A stretch of DNA of 64,000 bases from the NCBI GenBank assembly GCA_964619125.1, contig CAZUCA010000009.1, forward strand, positions 804-64,803, given 5' to 3'. How positions within the stretch are numbered: the stretch's first letter is position 1; every line of letters begins with the position of its first letter. The position numbers and the translations under genes were made by a program. The notes below the pieces were generated by a model. That model searched no databases, was not told the origin of the DNA, and worked only from the letters and a program-made list of their open reading frames with translations. Source of the stretch: an uncultured Owenweeksia sp. (lineage in GTDB: Bacteria > Bacteroidota > Bacteroidia > Flavobacteriales > Schleiferiaceae). Positions 38,962-48,800 of the stretch are shown piece by piece.

Positions 38962-39708
38962 ATGAAATTAACACTGAAGGTTTGGCGTCAGCCTAATGCA
39001 CAAGCAAAAGGAAATCTGGAAACTTACCAGCTTGACGACGTAAGCTCACATATGTCCTTCCTCGAGATGATGGACGTTCTCAATGAGCAATTGGTAGCTA
39101 AAGGTGAGGAGCCGGTAGCATTTGACCACGACTGCCGCGAAGGGATCTGCGGGAGCTGCGACATGATGATCAATGGCCGTGCTCACGGGCCTGAAAAGGC
39201 CACTACCGCCTGCCAGCTGCATATGCGCAAGTTTAAGGATGGCGATACTATTTACGTGGAACCCTGGAGAGCTCGTGCTTTCCCGGTGGTGAAGGATCTG
39301 GTGGTAGACCGCTCCGCTTTCGACCGCATTGTAGAAGCCGGCGGTTATATTTCAGTAAATACCTCGGGCAACACCCTTGATGCAAATGCTATTCCTGTAC
39401 CTAAGGACAATGCCGATAAATCATTTAATGCGGCCACCTGCATCAGCTGTGGTGCCTGCGTAGCGGCCTGTCCTAACGCTTCGGCCATGCTGTTTGTAGG
39501 TGCTCAGGTGTCAAAATATGCCCTGCTGCCTCAGGGCCGGGTAGAGGCCAAGGACCGCGTGCAGAATATGGTGAAGCAAATGGATATCGAAGGCTTTGGC
39601 AACTGTTCTAACGTGGGTGCCTGTGCGGAAGAATGTCCCAAGGAGATTTCCCTGGAAAATATTGCCCGCATGAACCGCGAGTACCTTTCTGCGAAAGTGT
39701 CGCGCTAA
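38962..39708 (+). CDS. sdhB: Succinate dehydrogenase/fumarate reductase Fe-S subunit
   Basis: [32 protein letters not shown]. Confidence 0.96.
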   Translation: MKLTLKVWRQPNAQAKGNLETYQLDDVSSHMSFLEMMDVLNEQLVAKGEEPVAFDHDCREGICGSCDMMINGRAHGPEKATTACQLHMRKFKDGDTIYVEPWRARAFPVVKDLVVDRSAFDRIVEAGGYISVNTSGNTLDANAIPVPKDNADKSFNAATCISCGACVAACPNASAMLFVGAQVSKYALLPQGRVEAKDRVQNMVKQMDIEGFGNCSNVGACAEECPKEISLENIARMNREYLSAKVSR

Positions 39709-39735
39709 GCGAAAAACATAATTTAAATTTGGGGG

Positions 39736-39765
39736 AGCCCCGGTGCAGTGCATCGGGGCTTTTTT
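39736..39765 (+). terminator. Intrinsic terminator after sdhB
   Basis: AGCCCCGGTGC/GCATCGGGGCT stem followed by a T run. Confidence 0.75.
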
Positions 39766-39834
39766 ATGCCTGCACCCCCGCAACCGTTATGAGAGCGAAG
39801 GCTTAGCTTTTATCAGCGCATAAAATTGCCCATT

Positions 39835-39848
39835 ATGATCTTAATCAT
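39835..39848. promoter_or_regulatory. Crp/FNR-like palindrome ATGAT-N4-ATCAT
   Basis: ATGATCTTAATCAT, 55 nt upstream of the ATG at 39903. Confidence 0.5.
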
Positions 39849-39902
39849 GTGTTAGGACAATTGCATTGGTCACCTTGCGGGCTCTACGCACAACAGACTT
39901 AT

Positions 39903-41687
39903 ATGCACCAATTTTATATTCCGGTAATGGGATTGTCCTTTACGGTAGATAGTCCCCTCAAGGTGGCAGCTTTTGGAATAGCCTCAGCCGTATCCCTGGG
40001 TAGCGATGCGCTATTGGAGGACATGCGGGCTTATTATTCCAACAAATTTAAGCTCCAATACAACCCTATTTCCACCAAGGAGGAGGATTACCGTGCCCGC
40101 CGGATCACTGCTTACCTCAATATGCTTTCTGGGCTGGTAAAACAAAAGTTTGAGGAACTAAGGAGATCGTCGCTGCAAGCTGATAGCGACCTGACCAGGT
40201 ATCTCGATATGCTGCCCAAGGCCCATCCGCTGAAAGCCCTCTACTTCAGTCTTCGCAGCGCCGGGGAGAGTGAAAGACCGGCTATCGAACAAGGAATCAG
40301 AAATGCTATTGAGCCTGGCTCTGTTGACGTGAATATCATGACGAAGCTCAATAAGCCTGGCTTTGACAGCAAAGGGAATAAGCTGCCCGGTGAGTATGCC
40401 GATGCCCTGGCCGCCCTAAGGGGGTATGCCCGCAGTGAACTGACAAGTGCTATTATTTTTTCGGCCGGATTTAATGCCAGACTGTATTCCTACCTGGAGC
40501 AGTTTGATGATTTCTATCCCGATGCCAGGGGCTTTATCAGGAAAAAGGTGATCCTGAAAGTGAGCGATTACCGCTCGGCAATCATCCAGGGGAAGTTTTT
40601 GGCTAAGAAAGGGATCTGGGTGTCAGAGTTCAGGGTGGAATCAGGATTAAACTGTGGTGGACACGCCTTTGCTACTGATGGCATACTGATGGGACCTATC
40701 CTTCGTGAGTTTCAGAATAATCGCATGCGACTGCAGGAAGAACTTTTTGCCCTCTGTAAGCCGGTGTGGGATAAAAGGAATCCCGGCCAATCCTTTGAAC
40801 GGCCTGAGCTGCGCTTAACCGTGCAGGGGGGCATTGGCACCGGTGAGGAACATCGGTTTTTGATGGATCACTACGGGGTGGATGCCACCGGTTGGGGTAC
40901 GCCTTTCTTATTGGTACCCGAGGCAACCACGGTTGACAGCAGTACCTTAGAAAAGTTAATGGCCGCAACGGCGAAGGACTTGTACCTGAGCAAATCCTCT
41001 CCGCTTGGGGTGCCCTTCAATAACCTGCGCGGTTCAGATAGCGAGCGACAGCGTGAAGCACGGATGGTGAAAAACCGTCCCGGCAGTCCCTGTCTTAAAA
41101 AGTATCTGGTATCCAATACCGAGTTTACCACGGAGCCCATTTGTACGGCTTCACGACAGTATCAACATCTCAAGTTAAAGCAGCTACGCGAAGAGGCTTT
41201 ATCGGAAGATGAATTTCGGACGGCAGCGGATGAAGTGGTGCTAAAGTCGTGCCTGTGTGAAGATTTAGCGGCTACTGCCTATGTGGATTATGACATAAAG
41301 CCAAAGTTGAAACCCGCTTCTTCTATTTGTCCCGGGCCAAACCTGGCCTTTTTTTCAGGCCAGTACTCGCTGCGGGAAATGATCGCCAATATCTACGGGG
41401 AGGCCCCAGCCCTTACCCCCGCCACTCGACCGCATGTTTTTATTAATGAGCTGAAGTTGTATATCGATTACCTGCACGACCAGTGGTCTGAGTTTGGCCG
41501 GGAGATACAAGAAAAGAAAGAGGCCTATCTGCAATCCTTCAGGTTAAACCTGGAGAAAGGCATTCAATACTATCGGGAACTGGCTCCTACCATCAATTCA
41601 AGCTCTTTCAGCACTGATCTTGAAGGGCTGACCCGGCAATTGCAGGATGTGGGTGCTAAGCCTATCGAATTACTGACTGAAGTGTGA
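39903..41687 (+). CDS. Conserved Bacteroidota hypothetical protein, possibly an FMN-dependent TIM-barrel (nitronate monooxygenase/FabK-like)
   Basis: FYIPVMG, ESGLNCGGHAF, QGGIGT, GWGTPFL, CLCEDLA, CPGPNL. Start moved to ATG 39903. Confidence 0.65.
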   Translation: MHQFYIPVMGLSFTVDSPLKVAAFGIASAVSLGSDALLEDMRAYYSNKFKLQYNPISTKEEDYRARRITAYLNMLSGLVKQKFEELRRSSLQADSDLTRYLDMLPKAHPLKALYFSLRSAGESERPAIEQGIRNAIEPGSVDVNIMTKLNKPGFDSKGNKLPGEYADALAALRGYARSELTSAIIFSAGFNARLYSYLEQFDDFYPDARGFIRKKVILKVSDYRSAIIQGKFLAKKGIWVSEFRVESGLNCGGHAFATDGILMGPILREFQNNRMRLQEELFALCKPVWDKRNPGQSFERPELRLTVQGGIGTGEEHRFLMDHYGVDATGWGTPFLLVPEATTVDSSTLEKLMAATAKDLYLSKSSPLGVPFNNLRGSDSERQREARMVKNRPGSPCLKKYLVSNTEFTTEPICTASRQYQHLKLKQLREEALSEDEFRTAADEVVLKSCLCEDLAATAYVDYDIKPKLKPASSICPGPNLAFFSGQYSLREMIANIYGEAPALTPATRPHVFINELKLYIDYLHDQWSEFGREIQEKKEAYLQSFRLNLEKGIQYYRELAPTINSSSFSTDLEGLTRQLQDVGAKPIELLTEV

Positions 41688-41777
41688 CGATGTTGCCGGT
41701 TTTGAGCGCTTGTATTGACAGCGACTGTCAGGTTGCTGAGGTAGTTCCGAAATCCGTGAAACGAATGGATAGGGGGT

Positions 41778-41884
41778 AAAAAAAGAGCGCCCCGGAATGC
41801 TCCGGGGCGCTTGCTTTTCTTAACAAAGGTTGGTCTTTGTAGATTACTAACCCTATTTCCCTATAAATGAAGAACCCTGTTAAG
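41778..41884 (-). ncRNA. Candidate sRNA B (about 107 nt)
   Basis: TTTG (41917-41920), 19-nt spacer, TAATTTAG (41890-41897); ends in the 11-bp stem AGCGCCCCGGA/TCCGGGGCGCT plus T7. Confidence 0.5.
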
Positions 41885-41931
41885 TCCTTCTAAATTAGTT
41901 AAAAAAATTTAACGTCCAAATTACGGCCAAC

Positions 41932-42007
41932 AAAAAAGCGCCCCGATACCTCGGGGCGCTTTTACGAAAACTAAAACATAAAAATGAAAAAACTTGTACG
42001 CTCTTCC
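41932..42007 (-). ncRNA. Candidate sRNA A (about 75 nt)
   Basis: TTTG (42042-42045), 21-nt spacer, TATCTTTA (42013-42020); ends in the 13-bp stem AAAAGCGCCCCGA/TCGGGGCGCTTTT. Confidence 0.55.
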
Positions 42008-42150
42008 AGTCGTAAAGATAATACAAAAGAAAGAGCTTTGCCAAAAAGCGAGAACATGATAGTCTGGCTCTATCATCAGGGGTCTCATGATAGTTTAATA
42101 TGGAGGTCCCAAACTTGTTTGCTCAGACCTCCGGGCTTATCTTTGACCAT

Positions 42151-42248
42151 AGCATTGGGGCACTACCTAAGCCCCGTTGCATTTCGAAGTTTTAATTAGG
42201 TGTTATTTGGTTAGTAATCTTGAGAAGGCTCCGGTGGGAGCCTTTTCT
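42151..42248 (+). ncRNA. Candidate sRNA C (about 98 nt), or a terminated leader of the nitrilase gene
   Basis: TATCTTTG at 42138-42145; GGGGC/GCCCC hairpin; terminator AGAAGGCTCC/GGAGCCTTTT at 42223-42246. Confidence 0.5.
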
Positions 42249-42264
42249 GCTTAAAGTATTGCTT

Positions 42265-43044
42265 ATGGCCGATTTCCGACTTACCCTGGTTCAGCCCAAC
42301 CTGGTTTGGGAGAATCCTGATGCCAATTTTAAAAAGATTTCCGCCCTGCTGGCTGATAAGCCAAAGACGGATCTGATTCTCCTGCCTGAGATGTTTCCCA
42401 CTGGCTTCAGTATGAACCCCGCCCAGAATTTTGAAGAGGACCATGGTCCGGCGCTGCGATATATGCAGGAGCTGGCTGCAGAGCACAATGCTGCGGTCAG
42501 TGGCAGTGTGATTGTGAAAGAAGGTGAAAACTATTACAACCGCCTGTATTTTGTTTGGCCGGAAGGGCGGTATAGGCACTATGACAAAAGGCATCTCTTT
42601 AGCTATGCGGGTGAGGAAAAGGTATACAATGCCGGCGAGCAGCATTTGCTGGTGGAGCACCGGGGCTGGAAGCTCATGCCCCTGATTTGTTATGACCTGC
42701 GCTTTCCGGTTTGGTGCCGAAATACCGCTGCAGTAGACCTGCAGTTTTATGTGGCCAATTGGCCCGAGCGACGGGCCACGGCCTGGAAATCCCTGCTGAA
42801 GGCCCGCGCCATCGAAAATATGTGCGTGGTGGCGGGGCTCAACCGCGTCGGTGCCGATGCCAATGAGGTAGAGCACTCGGGCGACTCAATGGTTTTTGAT
42901 GAATTGGGTGAGCCACTCTTAGAACTTAGCCCCTCTGTGGAAGAGTGTGCCACGGTGGTACTGGATCAGGAAAAGCTGCGCAAAAGCCGCGAGCGTTTTC
43001 GCTTTCTCGATGACCGTGATCACTTCACTTTTTTACGGCCCTGA
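42265..43044 (+). CDS. Nitrilase-family amidohydrolase (YafV/omega-amidase-like)
   Basis: LPEMF (Glu), YDKRHLF (Lys), LICYDLRFP (Cys), VANWP. Start moved to ATG 42265. Confidence 0.92.
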   Translation: MADFRLTLVQPNLVWENPDANFKKISALLADKPKTDLILLPEMFPTGFSMNPAQNFEEDHGPALRYMQELAAEHNAAVSGSVIVKEGENYYNRLYFVWPEGRYRHYDKRHLFSYAGEEKVYNAGEQHLLVEHRGWKLMPLICYDLRFPVWCRNTAAVDLQFYVANWPERRATAWKSLLKARAIENMCVVAGLNRVGADANEVEHSGDSMVFDELGEPLLELSPSVEECATVVLDQEKLRKSRERFRFLDDRDHFTFLRP

Positions 43045-44735
43045 CCCGTTTCCTGTGGCTTGAGGTTTTTTTCCTTAGCGTCCTCCTTACTGTCTTTAGG
43101 TTCCGGCCTTTTCAGGGGAGCATCGAGCTTGGCAATCCATTCCAATTCCAGGTCCCAGTTCGCGCGAACCTCAATAGTCTCCTGATAGCTGAAGATCCGT
43201 TCAGGCTGACGGCGCTCCATGAAATTTCCAGGTGACCATTCGCCATCGCCATTTCGGTCAACAATAAGTTCGGCAGTATAAGCTCCCGGTTGCTGGCTTT
43301 TCATCTGCACCTTAACGCTGTCCCTGAATTCACGCCGTATTATCTCACGTCCTTTGTTTCCCCTGATCACCAGCACCAGTGCGTGCGGTGAGGCGGCCTT
43401 TACCTTAAAATCCACATTGCCCAGATCCTCACGGCTCAGGGTTTTTACCTCCATGGCTATGGTGTCCTCCAGTTTGGCAAAGGGAGACGATACCGCTGAA
43501 GGCGGAATCATCAGCCGGTATTTTTTGGCCGGCTGAGAGGGCCGTAGTTTCAGTATAAGGGGTCCGGCGGTGGTATCTTCCTCCAGACTTACGGATAGGG
43601 TGTCTTTACTGCTGTAAACGGCAATGGCATCTGCGGCCAGTGAATCGAGAGGGAAATTGCTTTTGAGTACAATGGGGTCGAAAATGCGAATTTCATGGCG
43701 CATCGCTTTCAGCTTCAATTCCGGAGTGTTCATTTCGCGCAGGTTTACCACCACGGTATCACTACCGAGGCTGGCTTCGCTGTAAATTAAGCGCAGGCTG
43801 TCGGTAAGGAAGGGTTGGAACCAGAAGTTGATAGTATCCCTCTTATTGTTGAAGTTACTGAAGTACCGGCTTAAGCGTTGCGGGGCGAGGGGGTTCAGGC
43901 TGAACTCCTCTACCGGCCTGCTGAACGTTAACTGAATGTGACCGGGATTCAGCATCCTGGCCCCTTTAAAGCGTCGGCTGGGCAGTGGCTCCGACGCCTG
44001 TAGCAGGAGCTCCTCCATTTCCGGTTTGGTTTTGATGATTTCGGAGTGAAAAGCAATTTTTTCATTGCCATTGCTGAGCTTGAAATTACCGCGGGCATCT
44101 TTAAAGGCTATCAGCAGAAATTCACCATACTTCATGTAGTTGATATCAAAATGCCCCTCTTCATCGGTATATGCGTAATAGGTCGGTAGCTTTTTAAAGG
44201 GCAGGGAGTCGTTGCTGAGGGTGTCGGCAGTTTCATAAAGAGCCACCAGCAGCTTTTCCTCCGGTTGGCTGTTTAAGGCATTGATGACATGCCCCGCAAT
44301 CTGGAGGCTGTCGATAAAATCGCCGGTACTGAAAATGTACTTAAAGTCAGTATTCTCATTGTTTTCCCTGATATCGGTAATGGAGCTGCCAAAGGAAATG
44401 GTGTAGGTAGTTTGTTTGCGCAGGCTGTCTTTCCAGCTGATGATAATCTCCCGGCCACGGGCATTAATGGTCGGCGGTTCCTCGAGGGGTGGGCTGAAGT
44501 TGATTTGCTTGTTTCCCCCTTTCAGGTTTATGTATTCATCAAAGAGCAGTCTTACCCGGTTGCCGCTGAAGTTGGTGGTGAGATTAGCGGGATAGGATGT
44601 GTCCAGCACCGGCGCGATGGTATCGCGTGGCCCCCCTCCGGGGGAGGAGCGGGTGGCGCATGAGCTGAGGAGGAGTTCAGCTGTCAGCAGGTATCCGAAA
44701 AGCAAAAGAAAGACAGCAAGTAATGATTGGCGCAT
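43020..44735 (-). CDS. Ig-like (Big_5) domain lipoprotein
   Basis: Lipobox LLSSC; ATRSSPGGGPRD motif; FDEYI; STGDFIDSL; C-terminal VRANWD. Confidence 0.8.
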   Translation of the reverse strand: MRQSLLAVFLLLFGYLLTAELLLSSCATRSSPGGGPRDTIAPVLDTSYPANLTTNFSGNRVRLLFDEYINLKGGNKQINFSPPLEEPPTINARGREIIISWKDSLRKQTTYTISFGSSITDIRENNENTDFKYIFSTGDFIDSLQIAGHVINALNSQPEEKLLVALYETADTLSNDSLPFKKLPTYYAYTDEEGHFDINYMKYGEFLLIAFKDARGNFKLSNGNEKIAFHSEIIKTKPEMEELLLQASEPLPSRRFKGARMLNPGHIQLTFSRPVEEFSLNPLAPQRLSRYFSNFNNKRDTINFWFQPFLTDSLRLIYSEASLGSDTVVVNLREMNTPELKLKAMRHEIRIFDPIVLKSNFPLDSLAADAIAVYSSKDTLSVSLEEDTTAGPLILKLRPSQPAKKYRLMIPPSAVSSPFAKLEDTIAMEVKTLSREDLGNVDFKVKAASPHALVLVIRGNKGREIIRREFRDSVKVQMKSQQPGAYTAELIVDRNGDGEWSPGNFMERRQPERIFSYQETIEVRANWDLELEWIAKLDAPLKRPEPKDSKEDAKEKNLKPQETGQGRKKVK

Positions 44736-44834
44736 TGGCAAAAAGGCAGTTTAAAGGTGTAAGCTCAGGAAAATATGTGCCAAAAATAGGCTGAACTTTC
44801 AGGATATACCTTATCGGGTGGAGATATCTGCAAG

Positions 44835-45533
44835 TCAACGGGCAATAGCCAGGGTAAGGAGGGAAACGCGGCAGCCGGGAACCTGCAAAAGCTTATCGGC
44901 GGAAGCTTCCACAGTGGAGCCGGTGGTGATAACGTCATCAATAAGCAGCAGATGGCGCTGTCTCAGCTCGTCCGGCCGGTTTAGCCTGAAGATGCTCTCT
45001 ACATTGCGCCAGCGGGCAAAGCGCGATTTACGGGTTTGGCTTTGGCTGTGTGTTTGCCGCAGCAGGTGCTCGCCTGATAGGGGAATGCCGCTCACTTCAC
45101 TCACGCCCCGGGCGATTACTTCACTTTGGTTATAGCCCCGGCTTTTTAACTTTTTGGGGTGTAAGGGAATAGGAATTAAGAGATCGATGTTATCGAAAAA
45201 ACCGCAAGGGAGAACTTCGAGGCTAAGCAGTGTGGCCAGCCGCAGGCCTATTTCAGGTCGGTTGCGGTATTTAAAGCTATGCATAATGCGCTGTACCTGA
45301 CCCCCTTTTTCAAAGTTGAGAAAGGCCATGGCCTTTTCTAATTTACAGCGACCATAAAAGAGTTGCAGTACCGGATTGTCAGCTACCCGCTGGTAGCCGG
45401 TGCGGGGAAGCTCAGCCAGGCAGGGGGTGCAGAGGAGGTTTTCGTTTTTTACCAGCGGTTGCTGACAGCCTGCACAGGCTTCGGGATAAAACACATCCAC
45501 CAAATCGTGTAAAAAACTACTTTTGAAAATCAC
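44835..45533 (-). CDS. comF: ComF family phosphoribosyltransferase-fold protein
   Basis: CAGC...C..C zinc ribbon, IPLHPKK, RGYNQS, LIDDVITTGST. Confidence 0.92.
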   Translation of the reverse strand: MIFKSSFLHDLVDVFYPEACAGCQQPLVKNENLLCTPCLAELPRTGYQRVADNPVLQLFYGRCKLEKAMAFLNFEKGGQVQRIMHSFKYRNRPEIGLRLATLLSLEVLPCGFFDNIDLLIPIPLHPKKLKSRGYNQSEVIARGVSEVSGIPLSGEHLLRQTHSQSQTRKSRFARWRNVESIFRLNRPDELRQRHLLLIDDVITTGSTVEASADKLLQVPGCRVSLLTLAIAR

Positions 45534-45566
45534 GGTTAAGCTTTATTTAAAAATACGGCATTTTCA

Positions 45567-45851
45567 ATGGCAACCCCAACCAAAAAGACGGTCAAGGCCC
45601 TCGCTACTCTCATTGTCATCTGTTTTATCGGGCTGGTAGTCACCAGTTTTATGTTAGTTAAGAACCATAGCAAGCTGCGGGAGCTGCGCTCACAGAAAAA
45701 GGTGCTGATTGAGCAATTAGCCGAAGAAGTATTGGCAAGGCAAAGGCTGCAGAAGCACCTCGACAGTTTAGTGCAGCAAAAAAAAGTGGCAACTTCTACT
45801 GTTGAAGATAGCAGCACCCTGGTGGAGCTTATCCCGAAAGGGGAGCGTTAG
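45567..45851 (+). CDS. Small membrane-anchored coiled-coil hypothetical protein
   Basis: Single hydrophobic helix, then a heptad-like segment; fills the gap between comF and the large OMP gene. Confidence 0.55.
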   Translation: MATPTKKTVKALATLIVICFIGLVVTSFMLVKNHSKLRELRSQKKVLIEQLAEEVLARQRLQKHLDSLVQQKKVATSTVEDSSTLVELIPKGER

Positions 45852-48800
45852 AAAAAGGCCTTTACCTCCAGGTTGCCATTGTGGATAGGCCGTACTCCCG
45901 GGCTTACCCTGCCGCTGTAGTTCAAGCTCAATAAAATATTCTTGCGGATACTACGCTGCAATATCAGCCCCCAGGTGCCATTGTCACCCGGGCGCAGCTC
46001 ACGCAGCATCTCAAATCCGGCCGGGCTGTTGCGCTCACCTTCAAAATCATTTTTAATGTAGTTGAGGTTGAGCTGAGCCGATATTTTTTCGGCATTGTTG
46101 TATTTCAGCTCCAGGCCGGCTTTTTGGCTGAATAACTGGTTGCTGATCTCTCCACTGCTCAATTGCTGATCCCAAGCATAGCTTGCGCTTAAAATAAAGC
46201 TTAGGCTGGTTTGGTAGCTAAGGGAATAGCGGTTGCTAAGCTGGTCGATGCTAAAATTGCGGCTTTCAAAGTTGCCGGAAATATTGCGTTTGTCCTGCCA
46301 GGAGGCCTCGGCCTGGGCCAGCAGTGGCTCTGCTATCTGGTAGCGCCCGCTCAGCTCATGCTCTTCCACTTGTCTCTGTTCAACCCCAAAACTGAGGAGG
46401 TTGCGATTGTCGGTTTTGCGATAGGTGTAATGCCCGCCAAAGTGGGTACTGCTGCGGTTGAAAAAGAGGCTGCTTCTGAAGTTGTTATTGAGGGCTACAA
46501 TTAATGAATCGTCGGCCACCTCTTTAAAGGGGTTTATGGTGTTGGCATACCCCTGCAGCAGGGTTTTGCGATCGAGCTGATAATTTAGGAGTAGTGAAAA
46601 ACGGCGGCTTACCGCCTTCCAGTTGTCCTGGCTTGCCCAGCTGTTGGGAGCGTTAATGCTAAGGGTTTCACTGAATTTCTGAATGCTGGTTCTGACATAT
46701 TCATTGGTGGGGGCAAAAATGCGAATGTAGCGCGCCAGGTCAGGGGTAGGGGCCACCTCAAATTCACTGAGCTCTTTGATGCCGTTGCCATTGTAATCGG
46801 TGTGGGTGTAAGTGCCGGTGCCGGGCGGAACCTCTACATAGCTAAAGCTGCGACGGGCCTCGGTGCCGCTGCCGGTTTCGTAAAAGCTGCTGCTGGTGAT
46901 AGCGTTTTTGAAGAAGCGCTGCAGGTAATTGAGTCGTAGCGTAGTGGTCTTCTCCAGCGGCTGTTCCTCAGCTTGCAATCTTTTTAATTGCCGCAGATTG
47001 ACAGCAGCTTGCAGCTGGCTGTTAAAGCTGGTCTTCAGCGATGTTCGCAATCGATAAGCTCTGGCGCGGGCAAACTGCTGCATCTCACCCAGGCGGGCAG
47101 TATCGTCATAGCGTTCCATATAGCTGATCTCGCTAAAATTGCCGGCACTGTCGCCCACTCCGCTAAAGACCTCGTATTCTATAAAATTGTAGCTGCGGGC
47201 CAGGAGTGTGTCTCCCGCTGCCGCCCGTTGCTGATTCCATTCCCCCTGGCTTCGCAAGCCAGTCCACCATTTTTCAGTGAGCATCAGCCGGTATTCACCC
47301 TGCTCGCGCGCAAAGCGACTCCGGCTGGCACTGTCGGAAGCATTTAGCAGGCTCAGGCCCAGCCGCAGCAGCTGCTTGTTATTTTTCAGTTTAAAGTTAA
47401 GGGCGTTTTTAAAACCACTGAAGTCATTAGCCTGCAGCCAGTCCGTGGTAGTGCCCAGCTGCCAGTTGTGTTGGCTAAAACCAAGGTTTACGCCAGCCAG
47501 CTGCAAACCTTCATTGTAATTCAAGGGCAGGTTCCAGTCACGGGCAAATTCCACCCGCCTTATCCTTTCGATGGTAGTGAAATTGTTTTGGTTGAATTCA
47601 TAATTGACCCCGGCCGATAAGAGGCCCTGCGCGAGGCTGTCGCTAAAAGCATAGGACAGGCTACCGGCCCCCCCCTCATCATCTGCTTCGTCAAGATCAG
47701 AAAAGAGATTAAGGTCGTTTTTGCTGGCCGCCAACTCCAGCCTGAGCTGGTGCTTTTCGCCGATACTGGCCTGGCTTTGCAAGGACAAAATCTGCAAGCG
47801 GTTAGGGGCTACCAGCTGGCGCACGGGGCTGTAATTTCCCTGCGGAACCCCGTTTATCGGCGCTATCCAGCGAAATACCCGGCCGTTGGCATCGTTGCGG
47901 TCGAGCCGGTAATTGCCCCTGTTGTTGCCTACCGGGGCAAAGGAAGCCTGGTAGAGCTGCCGGCTGGAGTCTACCGAATAAACCAATACTGAATCATAAC
48001 CGAGACTATCCCTTAACTCATAAAGCACCCGGTCATCAGCGAAGGCGCTCGGGGAGATGGTACTTACCACTGCCTGATTCAGCCGGTCTCCGGCCGCGGA
48101 CAACACCTGTTTGTCGTCATTGCTAAGATCCTGAAGCAGCGGTTGATTTTTACTGTCCTGCTCGCTGTAATATTGTACACTGGTATTAATGTTATCGCTA
48201 ACGAGGCCGCCACTGCCAAAAAATACCGAGCGCAGATAATTCTGTTCGGTGTATTGAAATTCCACCACCACCCTCCTTTCACGTGTCATGGGTTGCAGGG
48301 CGGTAAAAGTGATTTCACCGGCATTGTAATCAATGGTATAATCGTACTGCTGGCCCCGTTTCATGAGGATGCCGTCTACATAAACCCGTTCTGAGCCTGA
48401 GATAATAATGATGTACTGTTCATTGTTATTACCTCTCAGTTTGTAGGGCCCCTGATTGCCCTCCCCGGCCATAAAGCGGTTGCGGGCAAAGCGACCCCGG
48501 GCGATACCCCCCTGGAGTTGCAGGGGCATAAGGTTGTCACCGGCGGGAAAATTGGTGAAAATTCCCGCTCCACTGATGCGTTTATCGAATTGCAGAAAGC
48601 GGTGGCCGGCATTGCTCATGCTGTAATCACCGGCGCGCAGCAGGCCAAAGTCGGGATTTTCGAGCTCCATGTACACGCGATCAAATTCACGCAGTTGCTG
48701 GGTGTAACCATCGCTCTGGACCGGAATATTGTTGTCGGTAATACTGGCACGCAGGGTGGTAGAGGGGGAGATATTGCCACTGAGCTGCAGGTTGAGGTCA

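Noticed and set aside
41778-41963. CRISPR array suggested by repeated hairpins
   Set aside because: Only two dissimilar-length hairpins, no regular repeat-spacer period, and no cas genes.
41984-42199. 71-aa plus-strand ORF (MKKLVRSS...)
   Set aside because: Begins right after a terminator hairpin with no plus-strand promoter and runs across two divergent promoters. Better explained as the antisense of candidate sRNA A; not fully excluded.
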